NCBI GenBank assembly: GCA_044892525.1
Contig: CM097886.1
Location: forward strand, 99,076,001-99,140,000
DNA: 64,000 nucleotides
Origin: Schmidtea polychroa
Taxonomy: Eukaryota
Direction of reading: 5' to 3'
Below, piece after piece: positions 25,953 to 36,014 of the stretch. Positions within the stretch are counted from its first letter, which is position 1. The number at the start of each line of letters is the position of its first letter. The notes under the pieces were generated by a model, which was given only the letters and a program-made list of their open reading frames with translations, had not been told where the DNA came from and did no database searches. Both the position numbers and the translations under genes were made by a program.

Positions 25953-28043
25953 ATGGCCAGAGAGAACGCTGAGATGATAGATTTTGCCAGTTGTCAAAAA
26001 TTACCGGTGAATCAGTATGGAGGAGACCCGGTTGATTTTGCCGATTTCATGGGCGATTATTATATGTACGCTTCGGCCTATGGGTGGTCACAAGCCATAA
26101 TGGTAGAAAGATTCCCACTCTATTTAAAAGGAGCCGCAAGAGAAGCTTGGCAGCAAGTGGATAAAAAGACAATTGGAAATGATTGGGCCAAACTCAAGGA
26201 TGCGATGGCAATGAAATTGGTGGGAGGCGACATAAAAAGAATAATGCGCCAAAAATTTTATGCCAGAGTACAAAATCCAAATGAATCGGTAAGTGAATTT
26301 GCATACAATTTAACGACTTTAGCAGACAAGGCCTTCGAAGCAAAACCTGAACAAGTGGAGATGGTGAAACAAGTCAAAGAATTGCTAGAAGATCAATTTA
26401 TAACTGGAGCCCATCCTCAAATAAAAAAAGCACTATGCTACGTGGATTTTTCGAATTTCGATGAACTCGTGAAGAAAGCAATGAAAATTGAATTGAATTT
26501 AAAAAGTACCAGAAAATCTGAAGTATTTGCCGCAAATATTGAGAAAGAAGAAAGGTCGATAACTCCAGTAAAGAATCAATGGGAATCAAACGAACCAATC
26601 CAACCAAACAGGTCTCCAAGATTAGGTAATAAATTGGAAGTTAATAAAGCAACTTTTAGCAATCAAATAAACGAGATATCGAATAATATTGTATGCGAGT
26701 TTTGCAAGAAGCCTGGACATTATTCAAATCAATGTTGGTTCAGAAATGGTAGAAATAGGAGTCCTAAAGGAAAAAGTACTGAAAATAAGCCAAACAATGG
26801 TGACATTGAATGTTATCGATGTGGAAAAATGGGCCACATTAGCAGAAATTGTTTTTCAAGAACTATATCACCTTCTAGATATCCCAAGAAATCAAGTAAA
26901 TTTCAAGGTGAATCAATCAATGCCAATGTAGCTTATGCTCAAAAAGACGACTTTAAAGAAAAGATGGAAAATGAAGTTCGAGAAATGAGAAAAAAATTAG
27001 ACAAGTTGATGTCGAAAATTGAATTTGATGATGAAGCAGACTCTTATATGGCGTACGAAAATATTTCGGAAAACTTTGCTAATAAAGTAAAAAATGACTT
27101 GTTGAACGAAAAGGCTACGTTGTTATTAAATAAAATGGAAAGATGGCTCGAAAATATGGAAACAAACAATCCAAGATTGAAAGAGTGGGTTACAGAGTTA
27201 AGTCAGATCCAACTTAGTCATAAGAAATTGAAAAGTGCATTGAACTTATGTTCTAAGCTTTACAGCATACTCCAAGATGAGGAAATTGCTAAATTAATGA
27301 GAACATTTGGAAAAGCATTAAGATCCAAAAACGATTTGGATAATATTATCGTGGAGACCACAGACATCAATGGTATTAAAGCTCAATTTTCTATCAATCC
27401 TTATGGACAAATCAAAGATTTGACAATGCTTATTCTGGCTAAATACAATAAAGGCAGCGTGAAATTGACACAACGGCAAATGGGACAACTGAGGGATGAG
27501 GAATACTTGGTAGATTGTGGTTTAATCCCTGGATTAAAAAATGAGGTAAATATTTTGGATACTTTTAATCATTCAAATTCAGATTTTAAAAATTGGAACG
27601 AAACTTTAGGGAATTTGCGAGAAATGTTATATATCGGAGATGAGGACGAGATCAATAAATGTCTTGAATTAGTGATGAGTTCAAAAATGAATGGAAAAGA
27701 TAAAGAGAAGTTGTTCGAATGTATTTTGCCGCATATTCATAAAGAAACGAAATATCAAACCAGATTAAAGGAAACTCTACGGAAATTAAAATATGATTAC
27801 AGAGAACCGGAGTGTAATAAGAAATCATTAATGATAGCTCAAAATATTGATGGAAAAGTTGAATACTTTCAAGAGCACTGGAGTGTAAAGGTGTCAAAAT
27901 TACGACAAAAAGCTGCAGAAACAATGGGAAATAATGGAATTATTAACGAAAATCTAGTTAATTACGGATTTAATCCAAATGACATAAATAATGTTTATGC
28001 AACGAAGTCAAAGGATGCATGTCTGAAAACGAGGTTATTGTAA
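25953..28043 (+). CDS. Gag-like polyprotein: capsid region, two CCHC zinc knuckles, long C-terminal extension with a probable ubiquitin-like domain
   Basis: FADFMGDYYMYASAYGWS...FPLYLKGAAREAW is typical of gypsy gag. Knuckles CEFCKKPGHYSNQC (26694-26735) and CYRCGKMGHISRNC (26811-26852). UBL-like segment at 27342-27554. Confidence 0.88.
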   Translation: MARENAEMIDFASCQKLPVNQYGGDPVDFADFMGDYYMYASAYGWSQAIMVERFPLYLKGAAREAWQQVDKKTIGNDWAKLKDAMAMKLVGGDIKRIMRQKFYARVQNPNESVSEFAYNLTTLADKAFEAKPEQVEMVKQVKELLEDQFITGAHPQIKKALCYVDFSNFDELVKKAMKIELNLKSTRKSEVFAANIEKEERSITPVKNQWESNEPIQPNRSPRLGNKLEVNKATFSNQINEISNNIVCEFCKKPGHYSNQCWFRNGRNRSPKGKSTENKPNNGDIECYRCGKMGHISRNCFSRTISPSRYPKKSSKFQGESINANVAYAQKDDFKEKMENEVREMRKKLDKLMSKIEFDDEADSYMAYENISENFANKVKNDLLNEKATLLLNKMERWLENMETNNPRLKEWVTELSQIQLSHKKLKSALNLCSKLYSILQDEEIAKLMRTFGKALRSKNDLDNIIVETTDINGIKAQFSINPYGQIKDLTMLILAKYNKGSVKLTQRQMGQLRDEEYLVDCGLIPGLKNEVNILDTFNHSNSDFKNWNETLGNLREMLYIGDEDEINKCLELVMSSKMNGKDKEKLFECILPHIHKETKYQTRLKETLRKLKYDYREPECNKKSLMIAQNIDGKVEYFQEHWSVKVSKLRQKAAETMGNNGIINENLVNYGFNPNDINNVYATKSKDACLKTRLL

Positions 28044-28882
28044 CTCACTGGCCTAGAATCGTAAAAGAGGAAGATGATGAGATTGGAGCAATTAAAACTG
28101 AATTATCTGAGGAGCTAAATGAAGCTGAGTTGAAAGGTTTTGAGTCAAAAAACAAAATTTTACATGAAGTGCGAAATGGAAATGTAACTGATGTCAATGA
28201 AACTGATGCAGCAAGTCAAGAAATTTATAATATGAATGACAAGCCGATAAAAACGGAAGAATTAAAATGCGAATTGAAGTTTGTTGAAATTGGTAATACT
28301 GATAAATCAAATAACCGTAAGCGGAAAAAGTGTGAGTTAACAGAAAAAGACGATTTAAGCGATGTAAAAACAGATTTAAATGATTTTATTGAAACAAAAG
28401 TGATTTTAAAAAGGTTGGTAATGGAAATATATGCACTAAATGAAGAGAATGTATATGAAAATGAATTTATGCAACAACTTGCGAAACAGCTGAAAAGGAG
28501 ATTTCCAATCATACTTCAACATAGCGTTAAAAGAAATGTATTTTGTGATGAAACAGTAATCAAGAAGGTAATTAATAAGGGTTTGAACAGAGATGTAGTA
28601 TTGACGGTTCTAGCTTGTATTGTCTTGGAAATTGGCACACATGGTTGTTTGGAATCGGAAAAATTGGAAAAGTGGATCGAAAAAGCCACAAAAGTGGCAA
28701 ATACATATGTGACAAACTGGATAAAATATAATGGTGGATGGAAAAATTTGGTACTAAAACCGAGGAATTCAAAAAGGGTGTATGAGTTAAAAAAAGGCAA
28801 AAATGATATATACATGGTTGACGATGTTTGTTTTTGTAATTTTAGGAATCATCAACAATACAACGTTATTGGTAGTATATGA
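28019..28882 (+). CDS. LTR-element ORF2: acidic N-terminus plus a Bcl-2-like domain
   Basis: BH2-like YVTNWIKYNGGWKNL, degenerate BH1-like VINKGLNRDVVLTVLAC and BH3-like FMQQLAKQLKRRF, in Bcl-2 order and spacing. Confidence 0.62.
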   Translation: MSENEVIVTHWPRIVKEEDDEIGAIKTELSEELNEAELKGFESKNKILHEVRNGNVTDVNETDAASQEIYNMNDKPIKTEELKCELKFVEIGNTDKSNNRKRKKCELTEKDDLSDVKTDLNDFIETKVILKRLVMEIYALNEENVYENEFMQQLAKQLKRRFPIILQHSVKRNVFCDETVIKKVINKGLNRDVVLTVLACIVLEIGTHGCLESEKLEKWIEKATKVANTYVTNWIKYNGGWKNLVLKPRNSKRVYELKKGKNDIYMVDDVCFCNFRNHQQYNVIGSI

Positions 28883-29852
28883 TTATTCTCAAATTAAAAA
28901 GAAAATTCCTAGAAATGTAAAAATTTATAAAAAATATAAAATTGTGAGTACTGATCTGAAAGACAACGAGAGGAAAAATTTCAAAGATTGGGAAAATGAA
29001 ACAAAAAAGGACACGAAACTTCAACAAATATTTACCAAAAATAAAACTTTAAACAGCTATAGTAATAAAGTGTTAATTACAACAAAACAAATAGAGAATA
29101 ATAACTTACGAGAGCCATTCACACCGAATTATGACAAAAATACTTACGTGGCACGAGAGCTAAAGGCAAATTTTAAGCCCCCTTGGAAGAATGAGCAAAA
29201 TGAGACATACACTCCTGGAAAATTCAACAATCAAATTATAGTTAAAGTAAAAACAAATGAATTATATAACAATGAGAAAGTAATAGAAAATAAATGGTCA
29301 TTGTTTAAAGTTGACAGCCAGGTAAACCATTGGAAAAACGAGTCAAATCGAGTAGTTTTTACAGTTCAAAATAAATTAGCGATAGCATATCAAAATTCGG
29401 AAATCGACAAAAGAAGCATTATCAGTAGTGGACAAAAAATTATCGTTTTGTTGGATGCCGGTAAAAGCTATTTTTCATTTATTACTCCTAATTTAGAATA
29501 TAATTACCTGATAAAAATTAAATACCAACAACGGATATTCGAGCCATATCGATGGCAAACAGTTTTAGAGAAAACAAGAATAGTGCCAAAGCCGAAACCC
29601 GACATAACCACCACACGTCCAATTTCTACAAGTCAATATCAATGTAACAATCGTGTAATAAATAAACGGACTCAAATTGAGATTCGTCCAACTTTAATCA
29701 TCTGTGAATGTTTGATATACCTCATACTGACAGCATTCCTCATACTATCGCTTAGGTTAAGAGTAATAACAATCATTTTGTGTGGAAATAGACAGCATAC
29801 TATAGATGACTTACGACTTGAATCTTTCAATGTGATCAAAACCACTGTATAA
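28803..29852 (+). CDS. LTR-element ORF3: predicted membrane protein of unknown function
   Basis: 349-codon ORF with hydrophobic segments at both ends (YTWLTMFVFVILGII; LIICECLIYLILTAFLILSL) and a beta-strand-like central region. Confidence 0.6.
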   Translation: MIYTWLTMFVFVILGIINNTTLLVVYDYSQIKKKIPRNVKIYKKYKIVSTDLKDNERKNFKDWENETKKDTKLQQIFTKNKTLNSYSNKVLITTKQIENNNLREPFTPNYDKNTYVARELKANFKPPWKNEQNETYTPGKFNNQIIVKVKTNELYNNEKVIENKWSLFKVDSQVNHWKNESNRVVFTVQNKLAIAYQNSEIDKRSIISSGQKIIVLLDAGKSYFSFITPNLEYNYLIKIKYQQRIFEPYRWQTVLEKTRIVPKPKPDITTTRPISTSQYQCNNRVINKRTQIEIRPTLIICECLIYLILTAFLILSLRLRVITIILCGNRQHTIDDLRLESFNVIKTTV

Positions 29853-30012
29853 AAACTATTATAAAATTACATGCGTGTAAACAAATTTTATAAAATTAGC
29901 ATGGTTATATGAATGTAGATGTGTTACTTTGTTTGGTCGGACTTCGCTATGGTATGCTTGGCCTTGCGCGATAAAGAGTGTTTAAAAAAACTTTAATTAT
30001 ATTTAACTTCAG

Positions 30013-30258
30013 GAAGCCCAAGAGGAAGAGTCAATCAAAGAGTGTCGAAACTCAATGAAAGAAATGAGAAGAAAAATGAAAGCAATGGAGAGGAAAATTG
30101 ACGACTTGGAACTAGAGGATATGATTTGCAAAAGAAAGCTGGAAAGGATGGAAATTCTCCTGTTCCAATACGAAGCGGAAGTCGTGTTGCTAAGAATGCA
30201 GATACAGGGAAATGAATGCCCGACCGATGAGGAAGGAGAGATGGATGAGTTAGAATAA
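30013..30258 (+). CDS. LTR-element ORF4: acidic coiled-coil peptide, probably a spliced exon
   Basis: Acceptor-like TTTAACTTCAG ends at 30012. It is followed in frame by EAQEEESIKECRNSMKEMRRKMKAMERKIDDLELED, which has a heptad pattern. Confidence 0.5.
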   Translation, partial: EAQEEESIKECRNSMKEMRRKMKAMERKIDDLELEDMICKRKLERMEILLFQYEAEVVLLRMQIQGNECPTDEEGEMDELE

Positions 30259-31329
30259 TTTAATGATTAATAAAATTTACAATTTAAACCTCACTTTTCG
30301 TCCTCGAAGTAGTAAAAGAGAAGGGCTAAACGATAATAACATTTACATTAATAAAACGAAATTTTAAAAGGGAATAAATGAATAGAACAAAATAGTCAAT
30401 AAACAAAATTTATTGATAAGTTAGTCCTCTAGCAGGACAAAACTCTCGATGTGGGAGTCGTCCACTACACCCCGAGGAGGTCTTTTTTCGAACCTTTTGA
30501 ACCTGTGGGACAAGTCCACACAGGCAAAAGTACGTTTTAGACCCGAGCGAGGTGGCGCGGGTACAGGAAACCTAAGTAAATCCTACAGTAATTTTAATCA
30601 AATAGAAACGAAACTAACCACATGAGGGGATCATATTTTACTAATGAGTCCTAAATTAAAGAATAAAATTAAATCAAGCAAAAAAAAAAAAAAATTAATT
30701 CCGACATAAAACAAAAGTAAAGTGACAAACAGCATAAGTGAAAAGGCTAAAGCTGTGAGGAAAATTTATATTTATAAATAACTGGCAAATAAAAACCAAC
30801 ATAAAATCTGTCGCTGTACTCATCATCGACCGTCGATATCCGGAGAAATGTTACCATAGCAAACACGCTCTATAATTAATAATGCATAATTGATAGCTTT
30901 CAATCATTAAGATACACTCAACATTTAGATAGGAAGCTAGTTATATTGGAAAATCGAATTCCTATTACAAGGAAGATGAAAGAGAAATATTTAATAATGA
31001 AATGGAAAAATATTTTTTTAATATTTTTTTTGAATAATTATTAGAATGTAATTTTTCACATAAATAATTTTAAAAGTTTAATAATATTTTTTAATATTTT
31101 TTTTGAATAATTATTAGAATGTAATTTTCACATAAATAATTTTAAAAGTTTAATAATTTTCTATTAACTGTCTTAAAATTGCTCATTTGAAATCCAAACG
31201 ATATTGGGCATGAATACATATTGCGGTAACGACACAAGCTACTCCAAGAAAAAGCATAATAATAAAATAATAAAATGTAAAATAATAATTTGTAGTTACA
31301 TTTAACAAAAAAAAAATTTTTTTTTCCAT

Positions 31330-31830
31330 TACAGCAAGTCACAAACTTGATACAGAACTTCTGTTTCCATTCTTCAGCTGTTTTCTGCTGTAATCGACCA
31401 TAACTATCTTCAAGTCAACGAGCTCTTGAAACTTGTAGTTCAAGTTCTTTTTCATTGGAAATGGATATCAAATTTTTGGGTATGATTTCGTAAAACCCTT
31501 CGAGAAAACTATGAAGTTGTTGGTGAATAGCTCCAATCATTTTCTCTTGACGAACTGATTTAACATATTCAGATTTATTTTCCTCTGTGAGAAGTACTAG
31601 AGAGTTTCTGTCGGTCCAAATTCTGATATTTGAATAGAAAACGTTTGATAGAGAGGCATTGCCAAAACATCCTTTTCTATAGGAATTCCAAATCAGGGAA
31701 AAACTGATAGTATTCTTTTTCTAGATCAGTATATCAAATAGAGATGCCGAGTATATGTTTGTAGAATGCACGAATCATCATCCGGAATTATAGTGCGCTT
31801 GTAACGATCTGTAGAGAAATATTGTCGATT
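31330..31830 (-). pseudogene. HUWE1: Decayed HECT E3 ligase fragment (HUWE1-like) carried antisense inside the LTR element
   Basis: Minus-strand translation gives RAFYKHILGISI*YTDLE, then after frameshifts [21 protein letters not shown], then [57 protein letters not shown] (31597-31427). These are collinear with the HUWE1 HECT N-lobe. Confidence 0.85.
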
Positions 31831-33022
31831 GCCTAACATGTTCAATAAAATTTTGTGCGTTGATTAGAATTAGCGAGAAGAAATGTTCCGTCTTTGGAAT
31901 TTGTTGTTATAATAATCTGTGATGATATATTGAATTTAATATCAAAATGATGATAAAACATTTTTAAAATTATTCGATCTTTTAATCTAAAATGTATTAA
32001 CCCTTTCCTCTCCTCATTATTTTCTGCGCCCTGCATATTTCAATACCAATTTACATACACAGGATAGAAAAGGATTAACGATATATTTTCAATTATGAAT
32101 TTAAACAAATTAATTAAAAAATTTCAAGAAACATATGATCCTCTACTGTGACATTAATTACTCTAAATTCATCAAATTTTTATGACTTCTATATCTTTTA
32201 AAAAAAAAAGAAAAAAAATCAACGAAAATTCAAATACGAACACACCTAACTGAAAATAAATAAATAAAATTCAAATAGCAAATCATCCTTGCCCTTTAAC
32301 GTAGTTGATGAAAATAACAAATAATGTCGATGGAGTTTTGTTGTGATGGAATAAATAAAATTCAATTAGCAAATTGCCAGACAAATCCGAATGAGATTTT
32401 GGGTATTAGTACAGTTTATATATGATATTTCTCTGCCAGCAGTAATTGCACAGCACTTCAGCACCAGCCGATCAGAATTGATAAGTCGTGCAGACACGCC
32501 TATATCGTAGATTGTTTGGTATATTTGTGTATTTGGGTTAATGTGAGTTTGGAATCACTATTTGTGCAACCACTACACAAATCAATGTTTATCATATTGG
32601 TTCCGGTGGACGGTTGGAGTGGGTCGTTTGAAAATTAGCTCCTATCTCGGAACAAACAAACTGTGATAAATTTTAACCTCCTTTAACTCGATTCGAATGT
32701 TGATCGATGGAATATTTTAAATTGAACTGCAATGATAAAACTGATATATGGTTAATCTAAATCATTAAACATTATGCATGTTAAATTAAAGACGAATTTT
32801 AATAAAATTAATAATAGTCTAATAAAGTCTAATAAAATTAATAATAGTCTCAAAATTTTAAATATCTATCAATTAAAAAAAAATAATCTCAAAATTTTAA
32901 TATTCTAAATATTTTATGACTCTCCAATCAAATGAAATTAAAATAATAATAATAATAATATATGTGAATTTTAACTGAAATTACATTCTCGAATAAGCAT
33001 ATTTCGAGGACGAAATTTTTTT

Positions 33023-33033
33023 AAGGGGGGAGA
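33023..33033 (+). promoter_or_regulatory. Polypurine tract
   Basis: AAGGGGGGAGA, 2 nt before the 3' LTR. Confidence 0.85.
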
Positions 33034-33035
33034 TA

Positions 33036-34028
33036 TGTTGAGGTTTGAAAATAAATTATTAAATTATATAGTTCAGATTAAAAGGAAAGCCGAAATTGAA
33101 TGGCGGTCAAGCGGAGAAGCAATGGCAAAGAAAGATATGATAAAAACAGAACTATAAAAGGGTACAATCAGACATGAAATGGGAAAATGCGCAAACCGGA
33201 GGAAGTGGAATAAAGTGAAAAGTTATCGAAATTGAAGCTGGAAAACGGGAGAGGGGTAGATTAAGGGATGGTGAAGAAGACAGTGAGTAAGAAATTGTTA
33301 GAAAATGTGTGGAAAGGGTAGTAAAACAGACAAATGTGGAAAAACGTAAAATATTAATTAATTAATTAATTGGCTAATGGGAAACCCGAGCTAATGGGAA
33401 GCCCGAGCCAATGGAGAACCCGAGCGATGAAGAAAACCCGAGCACGGCAATTTGGAAGGGTAAACAAACGAGGAATTCAGAGGGCAATTATCCAAACAAC
33501 CGGATAAACGAGGGTAACAAAAGACGGGGAATTACGAAGAGGGTCAACAAAAATAGTCAATTAGGGAATGATAGCGGAAGAAGTCAAAACCAATTAGGTC
33601 ACAAACGGGCCAATTACAACGATTATGGGAGTATATAAGGAAACTCAAAATTCACATAATCGGCGATAGCCTTAGGTAGGGATACGAAGAAACAGACGAT
33701 AGGAGTTCGAGGAATAAAATAAAAGGAAAAAGGAATTATAAGAGGAATTTAGGAGTCAGAAAGGAATATTAAAAGAGTTCGGATCAGAGAGCGGAATCAA
33801 ACAAAAGGTGAAACCTATTTTTTTTTAAATCGTACAAGGCCGAGACCTTCCAGAGCGGAGTTCGAGCTGAAATTGTGTAAGAATTGTGATTAACCAACAG
33901 TGTGATTAATTGTTGAGAGTTGTGAATTGTTATAAAACAAATATACGTTGGGAGTTTGTGTTTATTGATTTTGGAACACGTGGAGTCAGAGTAACCAACG
34001 GTTGATTTTGGTATCATAAAACCCAACA
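33036..34028 (+). repeat. 3' LTR (993 bp)
   Basis: Same length as the 5' LTR with no differences noticed; the internal ORFs 25149-25376 and 33411-33638 translate identically. Followed by the ATTT TSD. Confidence 0.95.
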
Positions 34029-34153
34029 ATTTTGTTAAATAATTTATAACAAAAACACAAAAGTCCTCAAATAAAGCGCTAACACATTTTAGTGTCAATA
34101 AAAATATTTTTTAAGAGCTTAAGAAAAAATGTCAATTAAAATTGACATATTAA

Positions 34154-34748
34154 CTCTTTGGATAAAATCCTGACCTTATGGGCCCAGGGCTATTTTCTCC
34201 CAAAATAGATCAAAGGCACAGATCAAAGGATTTTACATCATTATTTAGAACTTATAATAACGAACATTTTGAGATATAAAACAAATTTTTATCATATTCT
34301 GATCGTCAGATAATTGAGTTACAATTTTAAAAAAGGACAAAAAATAAAAGAAGAAAAAATTCATGAAACATAAATAGTAAATACCTAATTTTGAAAAATT
34401 TGAATTTTTTTTTACAAATTTGAATAATTTAGAAATCTCTGAACCAAATTTGCAAACGTCCACGGTTTTGCATCTTTACACAATGAAAAATACAAAATTT
34501 AGCTTTTAGAACTTTTCTATGACATTTTAGAATGTTCTAGAAGAAAAAAATTGATATAAATAGCCATCAGTAAATCATTTGTTATCAAAAATTTTATTTC
34601 AAGAAATCGATTTTATGATAATTTGAGATGCCTTCACTCCAGCAATAATCGTGAAAAGAGTACAGTGTAAATGTGTAAAATGATTATCATGAAGTATTCT
34701 TCCACATAAATTTTCTTTGGTAGAAAAAATATTTTGGGACTCAAAGGG
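34154..34748. mobile_element. Probable piggyBac-type non-autonomous element
   Basis: TTAA flanks both ends. Termini are CTCTTTG...CAAAGGG. Confidence 0.5.
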
Positions 34749-36014
34749 TTAAAATAAAAATAAATAACAAGTGCGTAAGTTCTTAAAATATGATAGACAT
34801 ATTATTTAGGGATAAATACTAACCGATTTTTCAGTCAGAACAGACCCAAAAATTTCTTGCTTTCAAGAAGAATTTCATAGTTGGTAATCGACTTTAGAAA
34901 TTTAAACTAGAACACGCAAGACATCGAGCTCAGAACCCCTTGAAATTCATTTAAATAGCATACATTAAAATATAAGACCAACAAGTTGCGATTCTGGGAA
35001 ACTCAACAATATACTATTTACAATAACTAGTACCTAAGGGAGTACGACCAAAAATGGAGCTACTCTGTCGTCTTTAATTGGTATTTTCTCGCAATATATG
35101 GAAATGGGTTTAATGTGGGTACATAGGGTACATGGATTGTCCCATACTGACTAATAAAAATATTTTAGAAATTATCAAAATACAGAAGGATCCTTCAGTC
35201 GAATAGTTTGTCTTTTTATAAAAAACAGAGGAATGTTTTTGGTACCCGAAGTTCGCTACATATAATAATAATAGAGAAAGTTTAAGGCTTTAAGAAGGAA
35301 ACTCAAAAAAAGAGTGGACGGAATAATTATTTTCAATTGATCTAGACCAGTGTTCTCAACCGACGTATGGAGGCTATGGTCAAAATAAAAGATATGATAA
35401 CAATTAAAATTATACCTGAATCAAAGATAAAAATATAAATTCATAAATATATAAAAATGAAACATTTACTCTAATTGACTAAACTTATAATATGTCATCG
35501 GTGGAAGGATGAAAAGGTGGGAAAGGAGGGAAAAACGACTTGATTCAGACACGTGGTTGTATACAACAATTGTATACCATTTTATACAAATGGTGAAGTT
35601 ATTTGTTTTCATTTATTTATAAGTACTTATATCAATATCGAGTAATCTAGAACTTATTTCTCCTGACAGCCTCCTTATCGTCTATTTGGAAACTATCTAA
35701 TATATTCATAAAAATTCGGGCCCACAGAAAAGTCTAGGCTTTAATTATTCTTTAGAAAAAGTTTAAAAATAAAATTTCCAACTGCATGTCCAAAAGAAAA
35801 TGACAACTACGCAATGGATCACTGGATTGCGTTATACACAATCTAAACTGAGGACAGTCAGTTGTGGAATATTCTGTCCATGACAGTAATAAAATTCACT
35901 CTTTTCCAATTTCCCTTAGTTAATTTTTAACCTTTTTTAATTTACTTCAATTACTTATGTGCTTTAATCAGTTTCCAAACAAATGACTCTTAGTCCCTAG
36001 CAAAGGTTCCTAGC

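Larger units (their letters stand above)
24774..34028 (+). mobile_element. Non-autonomous Ty3/gypsy-like LTR retroelement, 9,255 bp, no pol, several cargo ORFs
   Basis: LTRs at 24774-25766 and 33036-34028 (TGTTG...CAACA), with the same 8262-bp offset at both ends. ATTT target-site duplication, PBS after the 5' LTR, PPT before the 3' LTR, and a gag ORF. No RT, RNase H or integrase motifs in any internal ORF. Confidence 0.95.

Noticed and set aside
27500-27530. LVDCG as a retroviral protease active site
   Set aside because: The flanks lack the hydrophobic-D-T/S-G-A pattern and flap/IIG motifs, and the segment fits a ubiquitin-like alignment better.
32380-32700. Second possible captured gene fragment in the LTR element (minus strand)
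   Set aside because: The best frame has several stops and no family could be recognised; worth a tBLASTx search.
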